In this document: one piece after another, positions 20,501 through 29,520 of the stretch
Numbering within the stretch: the first letter of the stretch is position 1
Layout: every line of letters begins with the position of its first letter
From: a virus
Lineage: Duplodnaviria > Caudoviricetes
IMG/VR virus record: IMGVR_UViG_3300012983_000044
Span: 1-64,000 of that record
DNA: 64,000 nucleotides
Direction: 5' to 3' (one strand)
Made by a program: the position numbers and the translations under genes
The notes under the pieces: model-generated
The model's database searches: none
What the model was told of the DNA's origin: nothing
The model's input: the letters and a program-made list of their open reading frames with translations, nothing else

Positions 20501-23500
20501 CACGGCTACGTCGGCCTCCAGCAAGGCTACTGCGGCTGAAACGGCGGCAGGGCAGGCTCAAAACACTGCCAACGCGAAGATCACGACCTTCTATCAGCCG
20601 GACGCTCCCACGGCCCAAACGATAGGCGATTTGTGGATTGAAACCGATGCCGGAAACAAGCTGTGGCGATGGAATGGAAGTACGTGGGTTGACGTTCAGG
20701 ATGACGCGATCCAAACAGCGTTGTCGAAGGCTGGCGATGCACAGTCTACGGCAGACAAGAAGATTGTCACCTTCGCACAAACCTCACAGCCTGCTGCGAC
20801 GGATGTTGGTGATCTATGGATAGATACTGCGCACGGAAATAAACTGTCTCGCTGGAATGGTACGAAATGGGAAGATGTTCAGGACACGGCTATTGCTGCT
20901 GCCGCAAGTCTTGCCGGGCAGGCGAAAACTGCGGCGAATAGCGCCATCGTTTCCACTGTTTCAGTGTATTATCGTTCTACAACAAATACTGCACCAACTA
21001 TTGATGGCACTACAAGTATCAAAACTGCGGCAAATACATCGGATGTATGGACGTATGTCATGCCAAGGCCCAAGAATGGATGCTACTTCTTTACTTGTGA
21101 ACGCTATCAGTTTGTGGATAACAGCGTGGCGTTTTCGACGGTGAGAAGCCTTGCCAATGCGACTTATACTTCCGTGTGGTGCTCCGCAAATAACGCAAGT
21201 TACATCGACGGTGCCCACATCTACGCTGGTTCCGTCACTGCGGCCCAAATTGCCGCTGGTACATTAACTGTTGCCAAGTTGGATGAAGATGCACAAAAGA
21301 CGCTTATGTCCAGCGCGAAAAGCTGGACGGAGTATTACCTGAGTACATCTCCTACTCAGGCTACTGGTGGCACATGGTCTGATGAAGTTCCTAAGATATG
21401 GACCAGTGGAAAGTACGTCTGGACAAGGGTTGCCACGCAGTTGACCAAAGCAGATGGGATAGCTGATACAAACATTATCTATTCTACTGCGGTCTACGAC
21501 TGGAATGTGACGCAAGCCCTGAGTACAGCTTCCAGCGCGTCAAGCGCCGCGAATACGGCACAAAACACAGCTAACAGTGCGATCTTCCGCGAGCAGATCA
21601 TATACAGGAGCAGGACAAACGCTACATCGCTGAATGTAAATACTACGTGGGTAACGAACGTAACTGGCAATCAAAACGTATGGACTACCACACGCCCGGT
21701 CTATGATTCCTCTTATCCTGTGCTTTTTGTCGCTGTCCAGCGGCAGACCATGGCTCAGTGGAACAACGGACAGGGGACGACCTGCTCCTGCACTGCGCCG
21801 GTGGTTGATCAGACTACGACGGTGATTGATGGCGGACATATCATTACAGGAAGCATCGACGCCGGAAAGATAAACGCGCAAGACCTGAAGGTCAGCGCGG
21901 CAAACATTACTGGAACATTGACGATTGGCCAGTTGCCGAGTGATGTTGCGGTTGAATCTGATATTCCGGGAAAGGTCAGCGATCTCACTAATGATAGTGG
22001 TTATCAGACTGCTTCCCAGGTAACTACGATTGTTGACGGAAAGATTAGAGCTATTTCAATCAGCGCAGATCAAATCGGAGCTGGCACGATCAACGGCAGT
22101 TTGGTCAAAGCAAAGCTGTTGAATATCGTCGATGCGAGTAACAACGACGTTATGGCTTTTACCTCGGATGCTATCGTCATTGGTAAAACAACTGACGTTC
22201 ATATGCAGCTTGACTACAATTCGATGGAGCTGTTTGATAAAAGCGGAACGTTGGCGTTGACTATTGGCGATATGCGTGATACCTCTGGCAGGGCAAATGT
22301 GTCAGAATTATTTATCGGAAATGGACGTGATGATTCTTTTACCGTAAGTGGTTCCGTTTCAAGTGTTAATAGTGTAATAAGAGATGGCTCTACGACGACT
22401 TCTTATACCAGAAGTGGCAAAACGTTTACCTTTTCTACGACACCGGCAGATGGTGTAGAAATCGTTATAAACTACAAGACTACGGACTCTATTTATCACT
22501 TTAATTATGGAACCATGCGATCCTCTGCTTCGATTGCTGGCAACTGGTCGTTTACGTCAGGCGAAGCATTGGAAGCATCAGGTTTTGCAAGCCTTGCACA
22601 AGGTGAAGCAAATATAGCGAAAGGCAGGAGTAGCCATGCGGAAGGGGCTTACACTACTGCCACTGGACATGCCTCTCATGCAGAAGGATTTAACACAAAC
22701 GCGAGAGGCGATTACAGCCATGCGGAGGGTGGCTATACAGTTGCAGACGCATATTGCCATGCGGATGGATATAACACGCGTGCGCAGGGCGATTACAGCC
22801 ATGCGGAAGGGGTCAATGCGGTTGCGATTGGCGAAGGCACTCATGCAGAGGGACTTGATACAAATGCGGGCGGACATTATAGCCACGCAGAGGGGTATAA
22901 GACATCGGCTTCAGGCGACTACAGCCACGCCGAAGGTGATAATACTTTAGTAAACACGACTGGCGGACACGCCGAAGGATATAGCACATATACTTATGGC
23001 CGTTATGCACATGCCGAGGGGTATGAAACAAATGCAAGCGGTGACTATAGCCACGCAGAGGGGTATCAAACAACCGCGAATGCCGGACATGCAGAAGGGG
23101 TTGGTACGACTTCCACTGTTAGAGCCCATCATGTATGTGGTCGATGGAATATTATCGACGCAAGCGGAGAGTTTATTGAGATAGTTGGCGGTGGAACTGG
23201 CGATAATTCGAGGCGCAACCTTCGTACCCTCAAAACTACTGGCAACGAGTGGATCGGCGGTATCCTCACCCAAGCCTCCGATGCCCGCTTAAAAACCGAA
23301 GCCGGGGAAGTGCCTGACGTTTCCGATATTCCCGCCCGGTGCTTCAAATGGAACGACAAAAAGGGCGCACACGACGATAAGCTGCACCTTGGCTACTTTG
23401 CACAGGATGTTGAAAAAGTTGCTCCGTATCTGGTTGAGGATGACGCCATGGGGTACAAGTCCCTGGACTACATTGGCTTTCTGGTCGCTAAAATAGCGAG

Positions 23501-23540
23501 CCTTGAAAAGCGCGTTGCTGAACTTGAAGCACGCGAATAA
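17505..23540 (+). CDS. Tail tip/fibre protein with repeat modules, SHAEG (YadA-head-like) repeats and C-terminal intramolecular chaperone
   Basis: 2011 aa; repeated YYLS.S.T...G.WS...P...YVWT modules; two GDLWI.T..GNKL.RWNG modules; many (S/C)HAEG repeats; SDARLK then coiled coil (S74-like). Confidence 0.88.
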   Translation: MYPITNAVKALFDAEQRQVLRITGADRNGNAIYLTEANVMEGGFNIDRYSCNGSKLEIGTAIAAEMTIKLDNRQGQFDNVTFEGAELFVEVGIADWTKANPVVNYIPCGYFTPDEQPRRLSTISLNALDRMTRFDDVQPSMLPWTDNLGNRITDNRNNVIYFAAVLDFPATIESLVKQLCDICAVPLATDLTSMPNYDYIITGLPDVQGNITARNMIQWCAGIMASNAWIDWDGKLRFSWYDNETGYTLTTANRYDSDLYENDIVVTGVQWVDTNDNNTVYLSGTGEYVLDMSDNALIDSSMANDVLNDVYNVIHSFAYRPFNATVVPAPYLWPMDRITFTDKNGGGHVSLLTNVNFTINGTTVIAANGETAQTSGMAMPSGFTSEQLQILRKIRRTNAADLNTAIDNATKLITGADGGYVRFIYDENDILTEIVILDTNDLTTATKVWRFNSGGLGYSSNGYAGPYKLAMTQDGAIVADFITTGIMSANVVRAGLLTDATGKNLWDLDRGIFRLAGNSELDGRPLTQLLSDIDATITSVDVEFAQNQSQTVAPTDGWSTDAPSWAANYYIWQRTKTVTPSGVNYSEPVCISGRDGSESTPGLNQATIYLYQRSDVPPAKPTVRALYTFVNGTLSPIPSGWSRSIQTGSAPCWVTTAMAISTDTEDYIEPGDWAEPAIFAENGGDGSSIDNIVNYYAVSDTTNPPADSEFWTPGVPALWTDNYGNVITAGASGNIEFMPPAVPLPTQTDRYVWQYQLTTYTDGTSTKSNKYISSILGDAGVGISQIVEEYYLSASNTEQVFGEWSTEQPEWVSGYYIWTRTVITWTDNKVTTTDPVLAQAINLANENADGAVNLANKAIDNTNNLDASLNQAGVFNRLTNNGAVRGIFLENNQMYVNADYIKGGTIDAALIAAGSIIISQLSDSAQSALLIGATVKMQYYLSTSPTKAEGGSWSDSVPAWSTNKYVWTKTVTTKKYADNTEISTDSSAVYDRNLTAALSTATSASSKATAAETAAGQAQNTANAKITTFYQPDAPTAQTIGDLWIETDAGNKLWRWNGSTWVDVQDDAIQTALSKAGDAQSTADKKIVTFAQTSQPAATDVGDLWIDTAHGNKLSRWNGTKWEDVQDTAIAAAASLAGQAKTAANSAIVSTVSVYYRSTTNTAPTIDGTTSIKTAANTSDVWTYVMPRPKNGCYFFTCERYQFVDNSVAFSTVRSLANATYTSVWCSANNASYIDGAHIYAGSVTAAQIAAGTLTVAKLDEDAQKTLMSSAKSWTEYYLSTSPTQATGGTWSDEVPKIWTSGKYVWTRVATQLTKADGIADTNIIYSTAVYDWNVTQALSTASSASSAANTAQNTANSAIFREQIIYRSRTNATSLNVNTTWVTNVTGNQNVWTTTRPVYDSSYPVLFVAVQRQTMAQWNNGQGTTCSCTAPVVDQTTTVIDGGHIITGSIDAGKINAQDLKVSAANITGTLTIGQLPSDVAVESDIPGKVSDLTNDSGYQTASQVTTIVDGKIRAISISADQIGAGTINGSLVKAKLLNIVDASNNDVMAFTSDAIVIGKTTDVHMQLDYNSMELFDKSGTLALTIGDMRDTSGRANVSELFIGNGRDDSFTVSGSVSSVNSVIRDGSTTTSYTRSGKTFTFSTTPADGVEIVINYKTTDSIYHFNYGTMRSSASIAGNWSFTSGEALEASGFASLAQGEANIAKGRSSHAEGAYTTATGHASHAEGFNTNARGDYSHAEGGYTVADAYCHADGYNTRAQGDYSHAEGVNAVAIGEGTHAEGLDTNAGGHYSHAEGYKTSASGDYSHAEGDNTLVNTTGGHAEGYSTYTYGRYAHAEGYETNASGDYSHAEGYQTTANAGHAEGVGTTSTVRAHHVCGRWNIIDASGEFIEIVGGGTGDNSRRNLRTLKTTGNEWIGGILTQASDARLKTEAGEVPDVSDIPARCFKWNDKKGAHDDKLHLGYFAQDVEKVAPYLVEDDAMGYKSLDYIGFLVAKIASLEKRVAELEARE

Positions 23541-23568
23541 ACAATTTGTTTAAGGAGGAAAGAACACT

Positions 23569-24570
23569 ATGCAGATTACATCTCTGCCCGCAACGAGCAC
23601 CCTTGGCGACAACGACGTACTGGCCGTTGAAGTCAATGGCGTTACCTACAAGATCACTGGCGCTACTCTTGCGGCTGCGCTCCAGAGCATCGGTTCTCCG
23701 CTGGCTGCCGACAAGGGCGGCACTGGCCTGACGGCAAGCCCTTCTCTGCTGACGAACCTTTCCAGCTCCAGCGCCGCGAATATTCTTGCGGCTTCCCCGC
23801 GCCCCGGCGTGACCGGAGTTCTACCGCTGGGCAACGGCGGCCTTGGCAAGGACTTCTCCGCAGCAGCCTCAGTCGCAGGATTCCACAATTCCATCTTCCG
23901 GGGGAAAAACCTGGGCACGTCCCTCACCACGGCGCAGTCCGCGCAGATCACGGCGGGAACCTTCGACGACATGTTCATCGGGGACTACTGGGTCATCAAT
24001 GGCGTCACCTGGCGCATTGCAGACTTCGATCCCTACTACCGCTGCGGCGACAGCGCCAGCCTGGGCCATCACATCGCCGTCGTCCCGGACAACAACCTTT
24101 ATTCCACCAAGTGGAATGAGACGAACGACACTTCTACCGGCTATGTCGGCTCCGCCATTCGCGCCAACATCAAGGCCACATCCGCGTCTGATGCCGGTGC
24201 GGAAGAAAAAGTCATCGCTGCGTTTGGCGATGCGCACGTTCTTGCATACCGTGCCGAGTACCCCACGACCTATGCGGATGGCGCGGCTACCGGCTGGGCT
24301 TGGACGGATGCCCGCGTTGAACTGATGAACGAGGTTGAGGTTTACGGCTGCAACGTGTGGAGCAGCATGCCCGGCTACGAAACCGGCATTAACAAGCGTC
24401 AGCTTTCGCTTTTCCGTCTGGCACCGCAGTTCATCAACATCCGTGCCAACTGGTGGCTTCGGAGCGTCAGGTCCGCTACCGACGCCTGCCATGTCAACAA
24501 CACCGGCTACGCCTCCTCCAACAGTGCGTCCTACTCCCTTGGTGTCCGCCCGCTTTCCTTGATCCACTAA
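23569..24570 (+). CDS. DGR target 1: receptor-binding/fibre protein with C-terminal variable C-type-lectin-fold (DUF6273-like) domain
   Basis: Ends NWWLRS...GVRP; contains VR1; N-terminal QITSLP...GVTYKIT fibre-type segment; follows the tail tip gene. Confidence 0.9.
   Translation: MQITSLPATSTLGDNDVLAVEVNGVTYKITGATLAAALQSIGSPLAADKGGTGLTASPSLLTNLSSSSAANILAASPRPGVTGVLPLGNGGLGKDFSAAASVAGFHNSIFRGKNLGTSLTTAQSAQITAGTFDDMFIGDYWVINGVTWRIADFDPYYRCGDSASLGHHIAVVPDNNLYSTKWNETNDTSTGYVGSAIRANIKATSASDAGAEEKVIAAFGDAHVLAYRAEYPTTYADGAATGWAWTDARVELMNEVEVYGCNVWSSMPGYETGINKRQLSLFRLAPQFINIRANWWLRSVRSATDACHVNNTGYASSNSASYSLGVRPLSLIH
24442..24558 (+). repeat. DGR variable region VR1
   Basis: 117 nt matching TR 25324-25440 with 12 mismatches, all at TR adenines. 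Confidence 0.97.
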
Positions 24571-24573
24571 TCC

Positions 24574-24590
24574 TGCCGCCTGTGGCGGCA
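24574..24590. promoter_or_regulatory. DGR target-recognition hairpin downstream of VR1
   Basis: TGCCGCC-TGT-GGCGGCA, just after the stop codon. Confidence 0.8.
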
Positions 24591-24620
24591 TAACCGAAGC
24601 CATGAAGGGAGGGTAGCTGA

Positions 24621-25301
24621 ATGAGCGGTGTACATAAAAGTGAACGTGGCGAAAGCAAATTTGAAGTTCTGGACCATGCCATTATTCTGAAAAACATGAT
24701 CCGCGAGCTGAGCATATTGCGGAACTATGGCTATAAGGTACGCACGAGCAAGACGCCCAAGAACTTTGAGGCCTGGAGCGAAGCCAGCAAGGAACGCTGG
24801 AAGCAAAAGGAAGAAGAACGCCTCAAAAAGCTGGAATGGCTGGACAGGCACTTCCTTGTTGAGAAGCGCAGGCATGTTGAAGATGATCTCATGCGGATGA
24901 TGCACGGGATCAGCGCCGCCAACGCCATTCAGCGCCCGTCCTCCATGACCGAGGCTGATGAAAGACGAATCCAGCAGGACAGAGCGATTGCGGCTTGCGA
25001 GGATTTGAGGGTGGATTTGCAGGACATCATGGACACTGTTCCGATAGACAAAAACTGGATGACGCATATTGAGCCTGAAATCGTGTCGCAGATCGCTTTG
25101 CTCAAAGCATGGCGCAAGAGTGACAACGATATGCGGAAGGCCGTGCGTGAAGCAGATATGAAACGGTGGATCAAATTCCTGCAAAGGTGTATGAAGGAAG
25201 GTTCAGATACGGAGTTTCTGAAAGGAATCTACCATGCGTTTCTAAATGGTATGGAACGGTGCGAACTGGATGATAAAGACAGAAAAGTGCCGAAACCATA
25301 A
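24621..25301 (+). CDS. avd: DGR accessory variability determinant (Avd-like four-helix protein)
   Basis: Lies between target and TR/RT; helical, with AANAI, R...Q..AI..C and LLKAWRKSD motifs. Confidence 0.8.
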   Translation: MSGVHKSERGESKFEVLDHAIILKNMIRELSILRNYGYKVRTSKTPKNFEAWSEASKERWKQKEEERLKKLEWLDRHFLVEKRRHVEDDLMRMMHGISAANAIQRPSSMTEADERRIQQDRAIAACEDLRVDLQDIMDTVPIDKNWMTHIEPEIVSQIALLKAWRKSDNDMRKAVREADMKRWIKFLQRCMKEGSDTEFLKGIYHAFLNGMERCELDDKDRKVPKP

Positions 25302-25323
25302 ACGTCTATGGGCAAACCTTGTA

Positions 25324-25440
25324 CGTGCCAACTGGTGGCTTCGGAGCGTCAGGTCCGCTACCAACGCCTGCAATGTCAACAACAACGGCAACGCCAACAA
25401 CAACAGTGCGTCCAACTCCAATGGTGTCCGCCCGATTTCC
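25324..25440 (+). ncRNA. DGR template repeat (TR)
   Basis: AAC/AAT-rich (29 A, 12 AAY codons) master copy between avd and RT; matches VR1 and VR2 except at adenines. Confidence 0.96.
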
Positions 25441-25579
25441 GTCCGCTTGCTCTGTTTGCAGTAATTGAAACAGATAGCGAAGGAAAGGAAGGTTTGTCCA
25501 GCCTGGAGCAATCCAGCGAATAGAGCATGTAGCCCGAACATCCGGCTATGGCCGATGATGAGATGGGTGAGGACTTTTT

Positions 25580-26878
25580 ATGAGTGTATTTGAGATGGAT
25601 AGCCTTTCATGGGACAGTCTGCCGGAAGCGCAGCAAACCGCCCATGAATGGAATGACTTGGGGGAACCGAGAGAGTACAGCGTCATTTCCGACGCAAACA
25701 CGCTGTGGGATGCTGCAAACAGCGCCAGGAAGGGAACTTCCTGGAAAGAGAGCGTCCAGAAGTTTTGGTGGTATCGTCTGACACGCATTGCTCAAATGCA
25801 GGATGGGTTGTACCGCTTGGAGCACGGCATGGATAATTCCTATTACCCCAAGCCTGGTTATGAGTTCATGTTGAATGAGCGTGGGCGCATGCGTCCGATC
25901 TGCGGTCAGATAGTGGATGACAGGGTTGTCAGTCACGCTTTGAATGACGCGGTGCTCATCCCGGCAATCAGGCCGTATCTGATTTACGACAATGGCGCAA
26001 GCCTGAAAGACCGTGGCGTTGATTTCTCGCGCCGTAGATTGCTGGTCCATCTTCACAGATATTTCCAGCGCAACGGAACGAACGTTGGATATATACGGAT
26101 GAAGGATCAGAGTAAATATTATGACAACATTCGCCATGACAGACTGCGCGAGATCATAAGCCGTTTTACTGACGATCCCCTGGCGCTGAAACTTGTACAT
26201 ATTTTGCTGCTTGAAAGCCGGGTTGATGTATCGTATATGAGCGATGAGGAATACGCTGAAAGCATGGATGTCAAGTTTGACAGAGTGTCATACCGGGCGA
26301 TGAACTACCCCAGGACCGGCAAACGGAAACTCTGCAAGGGCATGAACGTTGGCGATCAATTTAGTCAAACGGCTGGAATCGTCTATCCATACCAGGTAGA
26401 TAGCTATGCCAAGACGGTTCTCGGCAGCAAATACTACGCGAGATATATGGATGACAGCTACGACATTGACAGCGATCTTTCTGTACTGAGGCGACGGGCA
26501 ACCCTGATCGACAAGAAGGCAGACACGCTTGGCATGTATACGAATGTTCGGAAAACGTGCATTGCAAGGCTTGACAAGGGGTTTGTGTATTTACAGCGCA
26601 AAATCCGCCTTCGCTGTGATGGCAGCATAGATGTCAAACTCAGGCCGAAGGCCGTAACGAGGATCAAGCGCAGAATCCGAAAACTGCGTGAAAAAGTCCA
26701 GAGCGGGAAAGTCCCTCTCCTGGACATGGCAAACATGGTGAAAAGCTGGATATGTGCAAGGCGCGACTGCCTTACCTATCCCCAGCTTCGCACAATAGAA
26801 CTGACTGTTTTATCAATTTACGGGAGGGAAGCATATGAATACGTTTACGATCACTCTGAGCAATGGTCGGCAGTTTAG
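25580..26878 (+). CDS. DGR reverse transcriptase
   Basis: YMDD catalytic motif, GMNVGDQFSQ (SQ signature of DGR RTs), DRVVSHAL; adjacent to TR. Confidence 0.96.
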   Translation: MSVFEMDSLSWDSLPEAQQTAHEWNDLGEPREYSVISDANTLWDAANSARKGTSWKESVQKFWWYRLTRIAQMQDGLYRLEHGMDNSYYPKPGYEFMLNERGRMRPICGQIVDDRVVSHALNDAVLIPAIRPYLIYDNGASLKDRGVDFSRRRLLVHLHRYFQRNGTNVGYIRMKDQSKYYDNIRHDRLREIISRFTDDPLALKLVHILLLESRVDVSYMSDEEYAESMDVKFDRVSYRAMNYPRTGKRKLCKGMNVGDQFSQTAGIVYPYQVDSYAKTVLGSKYYARYMDDSYDIDSDLSVLRRRATLIDKKADTLGMYTNVRKTCIARLDKGFVYLQRKIRLRCDGSIDVKLRPKAVTRIKRRIRKLREKVQSGKVPLLDMANMVKSWICARRDCLTYPQLRTIELTVLSIYGREAYEYVYDHSEQWSAV

Positions 26879-27176
26879 CGGCATTACGATGAACGGCAGT
26901 ATGTTCGTCAGTAAGACTGAGATCACTGCCGATGACCTGAGCAGGGCGGCTCTGAAAACCGTCACCATCGCTGAGACTGACGGCGACAAGACCACAACCA
27001 GCACCCTTGCAAACGCTGTTTGCGACGCGATCCTGCACTGGCCGGAGGGCTGGCTGTTCAACATCCGGGAAATGTCTGAGGTCGAAAGCAATAAGGCCCG
27101 GATCGAGTCTCTGCTGGACGACCTGACCAACACGCAGATGGCCCTCTGCGATGTCTACGAAATGATTGGAGGTTAA
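26835..27176 (+). CDS. Hypothetical protein (tail-module accessory)
   Basis: GGGAGG RBS; C-terminal TQMALCDVYE coiled segment typical of genes preceding CD1375-like ORFs. Confidence 0.65.
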   Translation: MNTFTITLSNGRQFSGITMNGSMFVSKTEITADDLSRAALKTVTIAETDGDKTTTSTLANAVCDAILHWPEGWLFNIREMSEVESNKARIESLLDDLTNTQMALCDVYEMIGG

Positions 27177-27182
27177 AAGAAT

Positions 27183-27290
27183 ATGGCACAGATTTACGCA
27201 AGCCTGATTCGGAAAGGGATGAAAACCCTCGATGATGTTCCCGAGGCGCTTCGTGAAGCAGTTCGGAAACTGCTTGAAGGAGATACTTAA
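27183..27290 (+). CDS. CD1375/XkdX-like small protein, copy 1
   Basis: MAQIYASLIRKGMKTLDDVPEALREAVRKLLEGDT*; GGAGG RBS. Confidence 0.7.
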   Translation: MAQIYASLIRKGMKTLDDVPEALREAVRKLLEGDT

Positions 27291-27330
27291 TCAAATCATC
27301 CTCTGGATGCTTGGAAAGGTGGTGGAAGAT

Positions 27331-27456
27331 GTGGCTATCGTTTACGCGACACTGATTATCAAGGGCCGCAAGACTTTTGCGGATGTCCCCGATACTCTGA
27401 AGGAGCAGGTCCGTCAGATTCTCATTGATCTCGATGTGCCTGAGCTGGCCGAGTAA
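27331..27456 (+). CDS. CD1375/XkdX-like small protein, copy 2
   Basis: GTG start; AIVYATLIIKGRKTFADVPDTLKEQVRQIL; paralogue of the preceding ORF. Confidence 0.7.
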   Translation: MAIVYATLIIKGRKTFADVPDTLKEQVRQILIDLDVPELAE

Positions 27457-27540
27457 TTACGTCTACTCTGTGGCTGTGGGAGCGCCTGGTTTATCAGGCT
27501 TTCCCATGGCCTGTAATCACGAAGCGAGGATTGATATAAA

Positions 27541-27996
27541 GTGATGTGTAAGTACGGGGATGCTGGCTTTTTGGCGTTGCCGTGGCAGGATTTCAGCGTC
27601 CCGCTATACAATGGCAGAGCCGTTAAGGACGCTCAGGCCATTGTTGATAGAGAGAACAGCGCGGAGATAAAACCGCGGTTTGGCGGTGGACACTGTGATT
27701 ATATTGCAGACCATAGCTCTCAGGGCTTCGACATCATCCGGGAGTGCAAATTCAACACGCCCGCCATTGTACAAACACCGACTTCATCCCGGATTTATCG
27801 CTGGGTGGCAACGATGAATGGGCGGAACACTGGCAAGAACCTGATTGCCTGTACAGGCCAAGCACTGACAAATGTCAAGTGGGCAGACCTTTGTCTGTAC
27901 ACTTGCAATGATGCCGGTGGGAAAAATATCACTATGGTGTTTTTTAAGTTCCAGGAGGAGCTTAAATACCCCATATACAAGGCAGGTGGAATATGA
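27541..27996 (+). CDS. Hypothetical protein
   Basis: 151-aa ORF abutting the endolysin start. Confidence 0.5.
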   Translation: MMCKYGDAGFLALPWQDFSVPLYNGRAVKDAQAIVDRENSAEIKPRFGGGHCDYIADHSSQGFDIIRECKFNTPAIVQTPTSSRIYRWVATMNGRNTGKNLIACTGQALTNVKWADLCLYTCNDAGGKNITMVFFKFQEELKYPIYKAGGI

Positions 27997-28845
27997 GTGG
28001 CTATAGACTTTGATAAATACAAATACGCGGCAGACAAACACTGGATTGTCAACAGCGGCAAGGATGAAAACAACGGGACAATAGGCGGCAAAGCCGGAGA
28101 TCAGACTGGACATGAAGCCGAGATACGCACATGGTACAATCGGCCTTGGACGGTGGTGCTTCGCTATCCCGATCAGGCGGTTGCTAACGAGATTGCCGAC
28201 CTCGCAATCGCTATGGCACTCAACAACCTGATCGGCTATGACCAAAATCAGCGCACATCCTACTGGACGCAGCTTAAAGCTGCGGGTTATGACCCATCCA
28301 AAATCACAGTGGCGTGCGAGGAAGATTGCACAGCCGGGGTGAGTGCAAATGTACGCGCCGCCGGGTACATCTTCGGTATCAAAAAGCTCCAAGATGTGCC
28401 TATCTGTTCCAGCCGAAATATGAAGGCGGAGTTCACTAAGGCTGGCTTCATCGCCCTGACTGCATCCAAGTACCTGACGAGCGGCAGCTACCTTCTGCCA
28501 GGTGACATCCTGCTTTACGAGAGCCATCATGCGGCGACGAACGTCACGCTTGGCAAGAGCGTGAAGGAGCAGTGGAAGCCACGGCCACAACCCACACCTG
28601 ATCCGGAACCGACGCCTGATCCTGAGCCGAAGCCAGAGGTCCAGCCTCCGTTTGTTGCCATCACTGGCAACAGCGTCTATGTCCGCAAGGGGCCTGACAC
28701 TACCTTTGGCTCCATTGGCGCGGTTCACGGCGGAGACAGACTTCATTACTTTGGCTATGATTATCCTGATAATGGTTGGCATTTGGTGGAATATCTCAAC
28801 CAGACTGGTTGGGTGTCCGGGAAATACAGCCATGTGGAATCTTAG
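27997..28845 (+). CDS. Endolysin (NlpC/P60-CHAP-like catalytic domain, Pro-rich linker, SH3b)
   Basis: GYDQ, EDCTAGV (Cys), PGDILL..HH, PTPDPEP linker, VYVRKGP...GWVSGKY. Confidence 0.85.
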   Translation: MAIDFDKYKYAADKHWIVNSGKDENNGTIGGKAGDQTGHEAEIRTWYNRPWTVVLRYPDQAVANEIADLAIAMALNNLIGYDQNQRTSYWTQLKAAGYDPSKITVACEEDCTAGVSANVRAAGYIFGIKKLQDVPICSSRNMKAEFTKAGFIALTASKYLTSGSYLLPGDILLYESHHAATNVTLGKSVKEQWKPRPQPTPDPEPTPDPEPKPEVQPPFVAITGNSVYVRKGPDTTFGSIGAVHGGDRLHYFGYDYPDNGWHLVEYLNQTGWVSGKYSHVES

Positions 28846-28865
28846 CAGAAAGGCGATGAACCCCA

Positions 28866-29162
28866 ATGAACGAGGAAAAAATTAATCAAATCATCGAAAC
28901 CCAGGCGCGGATGGAGGAACAGATCAAGACGCTGTTTAAGCAGCAGGCGGAGATCAAGGAATTGACCGAGACAGTGCAAAAGCTGGCGATTGCTCTTGAA
29001 AAGCAAGGCATGGCGCTCCAATCTACCGAGAAGAAGGTTGATGGCGTCAAGTCAGATGTGGATGAGATCAAGGCAAAGCCGTCTAAGCGATGGGACGCCA
29101 TAATTGCCGCGCTTATTACGGGCGTCATCGGTTTTCTGCTCGCTAAGTTCGGAATGAAATAA
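28866..29162 (+). CDS. Holin-like protein (coiled coil plus C-terminal TM; XhlA/BhlA-like)
   Basis: Coiled-coil N-terminus, single C-terminal hydrophobic helix; follows endolysin. Confidence 0.65.
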   Translation: MNEEKINQIIETQARMEEQIKTLFKQQAEIKELTETVQKLAIALEKQGMALQSTEKKVDGVKSDVDEIKAKPSKRWDAIIAALITGVIGFLLAKFGMK

Positions 29163-29180
29163 CGGAGGGAAAACGCAATC

Positions 29181-29501
29181 ATGAAAGCTATGCTGTCCCA
29201 GCCTATGGCTGGCAAGACCGATGAGGAAATTATGGCAACCCGCGATAATGCCATTGACGCGCTGAAAGAGATGGGCTATGAGGTCGTAAACACCCTGTTC
29301 ACTGACGACTGGTACAGCTCTGAGGCTATGAAGGAACGTGGCGTTGAGAATATCCCGCTTTGTTTCCTTGCGAAGTCGCTGGAGAATATGTCTCTTTGCC
29401 ATGCTGCGTATTTCTGCAAAGGCTGGGAAAATGCTCGTGGCTGCCGTATCGAGCATGAGGCCGCGAAAGCATATGGCCTTACAATCATCTACGAGGAATG
29501 A
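29181..29501 (+). CDS. DUF4406-like / nucleoside deoxyribosyltransferase-fold protein
   Basis: LSQPMAG and FCKGWENARGCRIEH motifs. Confidence 0.7.
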   Translation: MKAMLSQPMAGKTDEEIMATRDNAIDALKEMGYEVVNTLFTDDWYSSEAMKERGVENIPLCFLAKSLENMSLCHAAYFCKGWENARGCRIEHEAAKAYGLTIIYEE

Positions 29502-29520
29502 GAGAGGAGATAAAGAAACC

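Noticed and set aside
25360-25435. AAC-rich periodic sequence as a possible CRISPR or microsatellite
   Set aside because: No constant repeat with unique spacers; explained as the TR. No CRISPR array or cas gene was seen in the window.
25246-25464. ORF reading NWWLRSVRSATNACNVNNNGNANNN
   Set aside because: This is the translation of the DGR template repeat; no convincing RBS, and TRs normally act as RNA.
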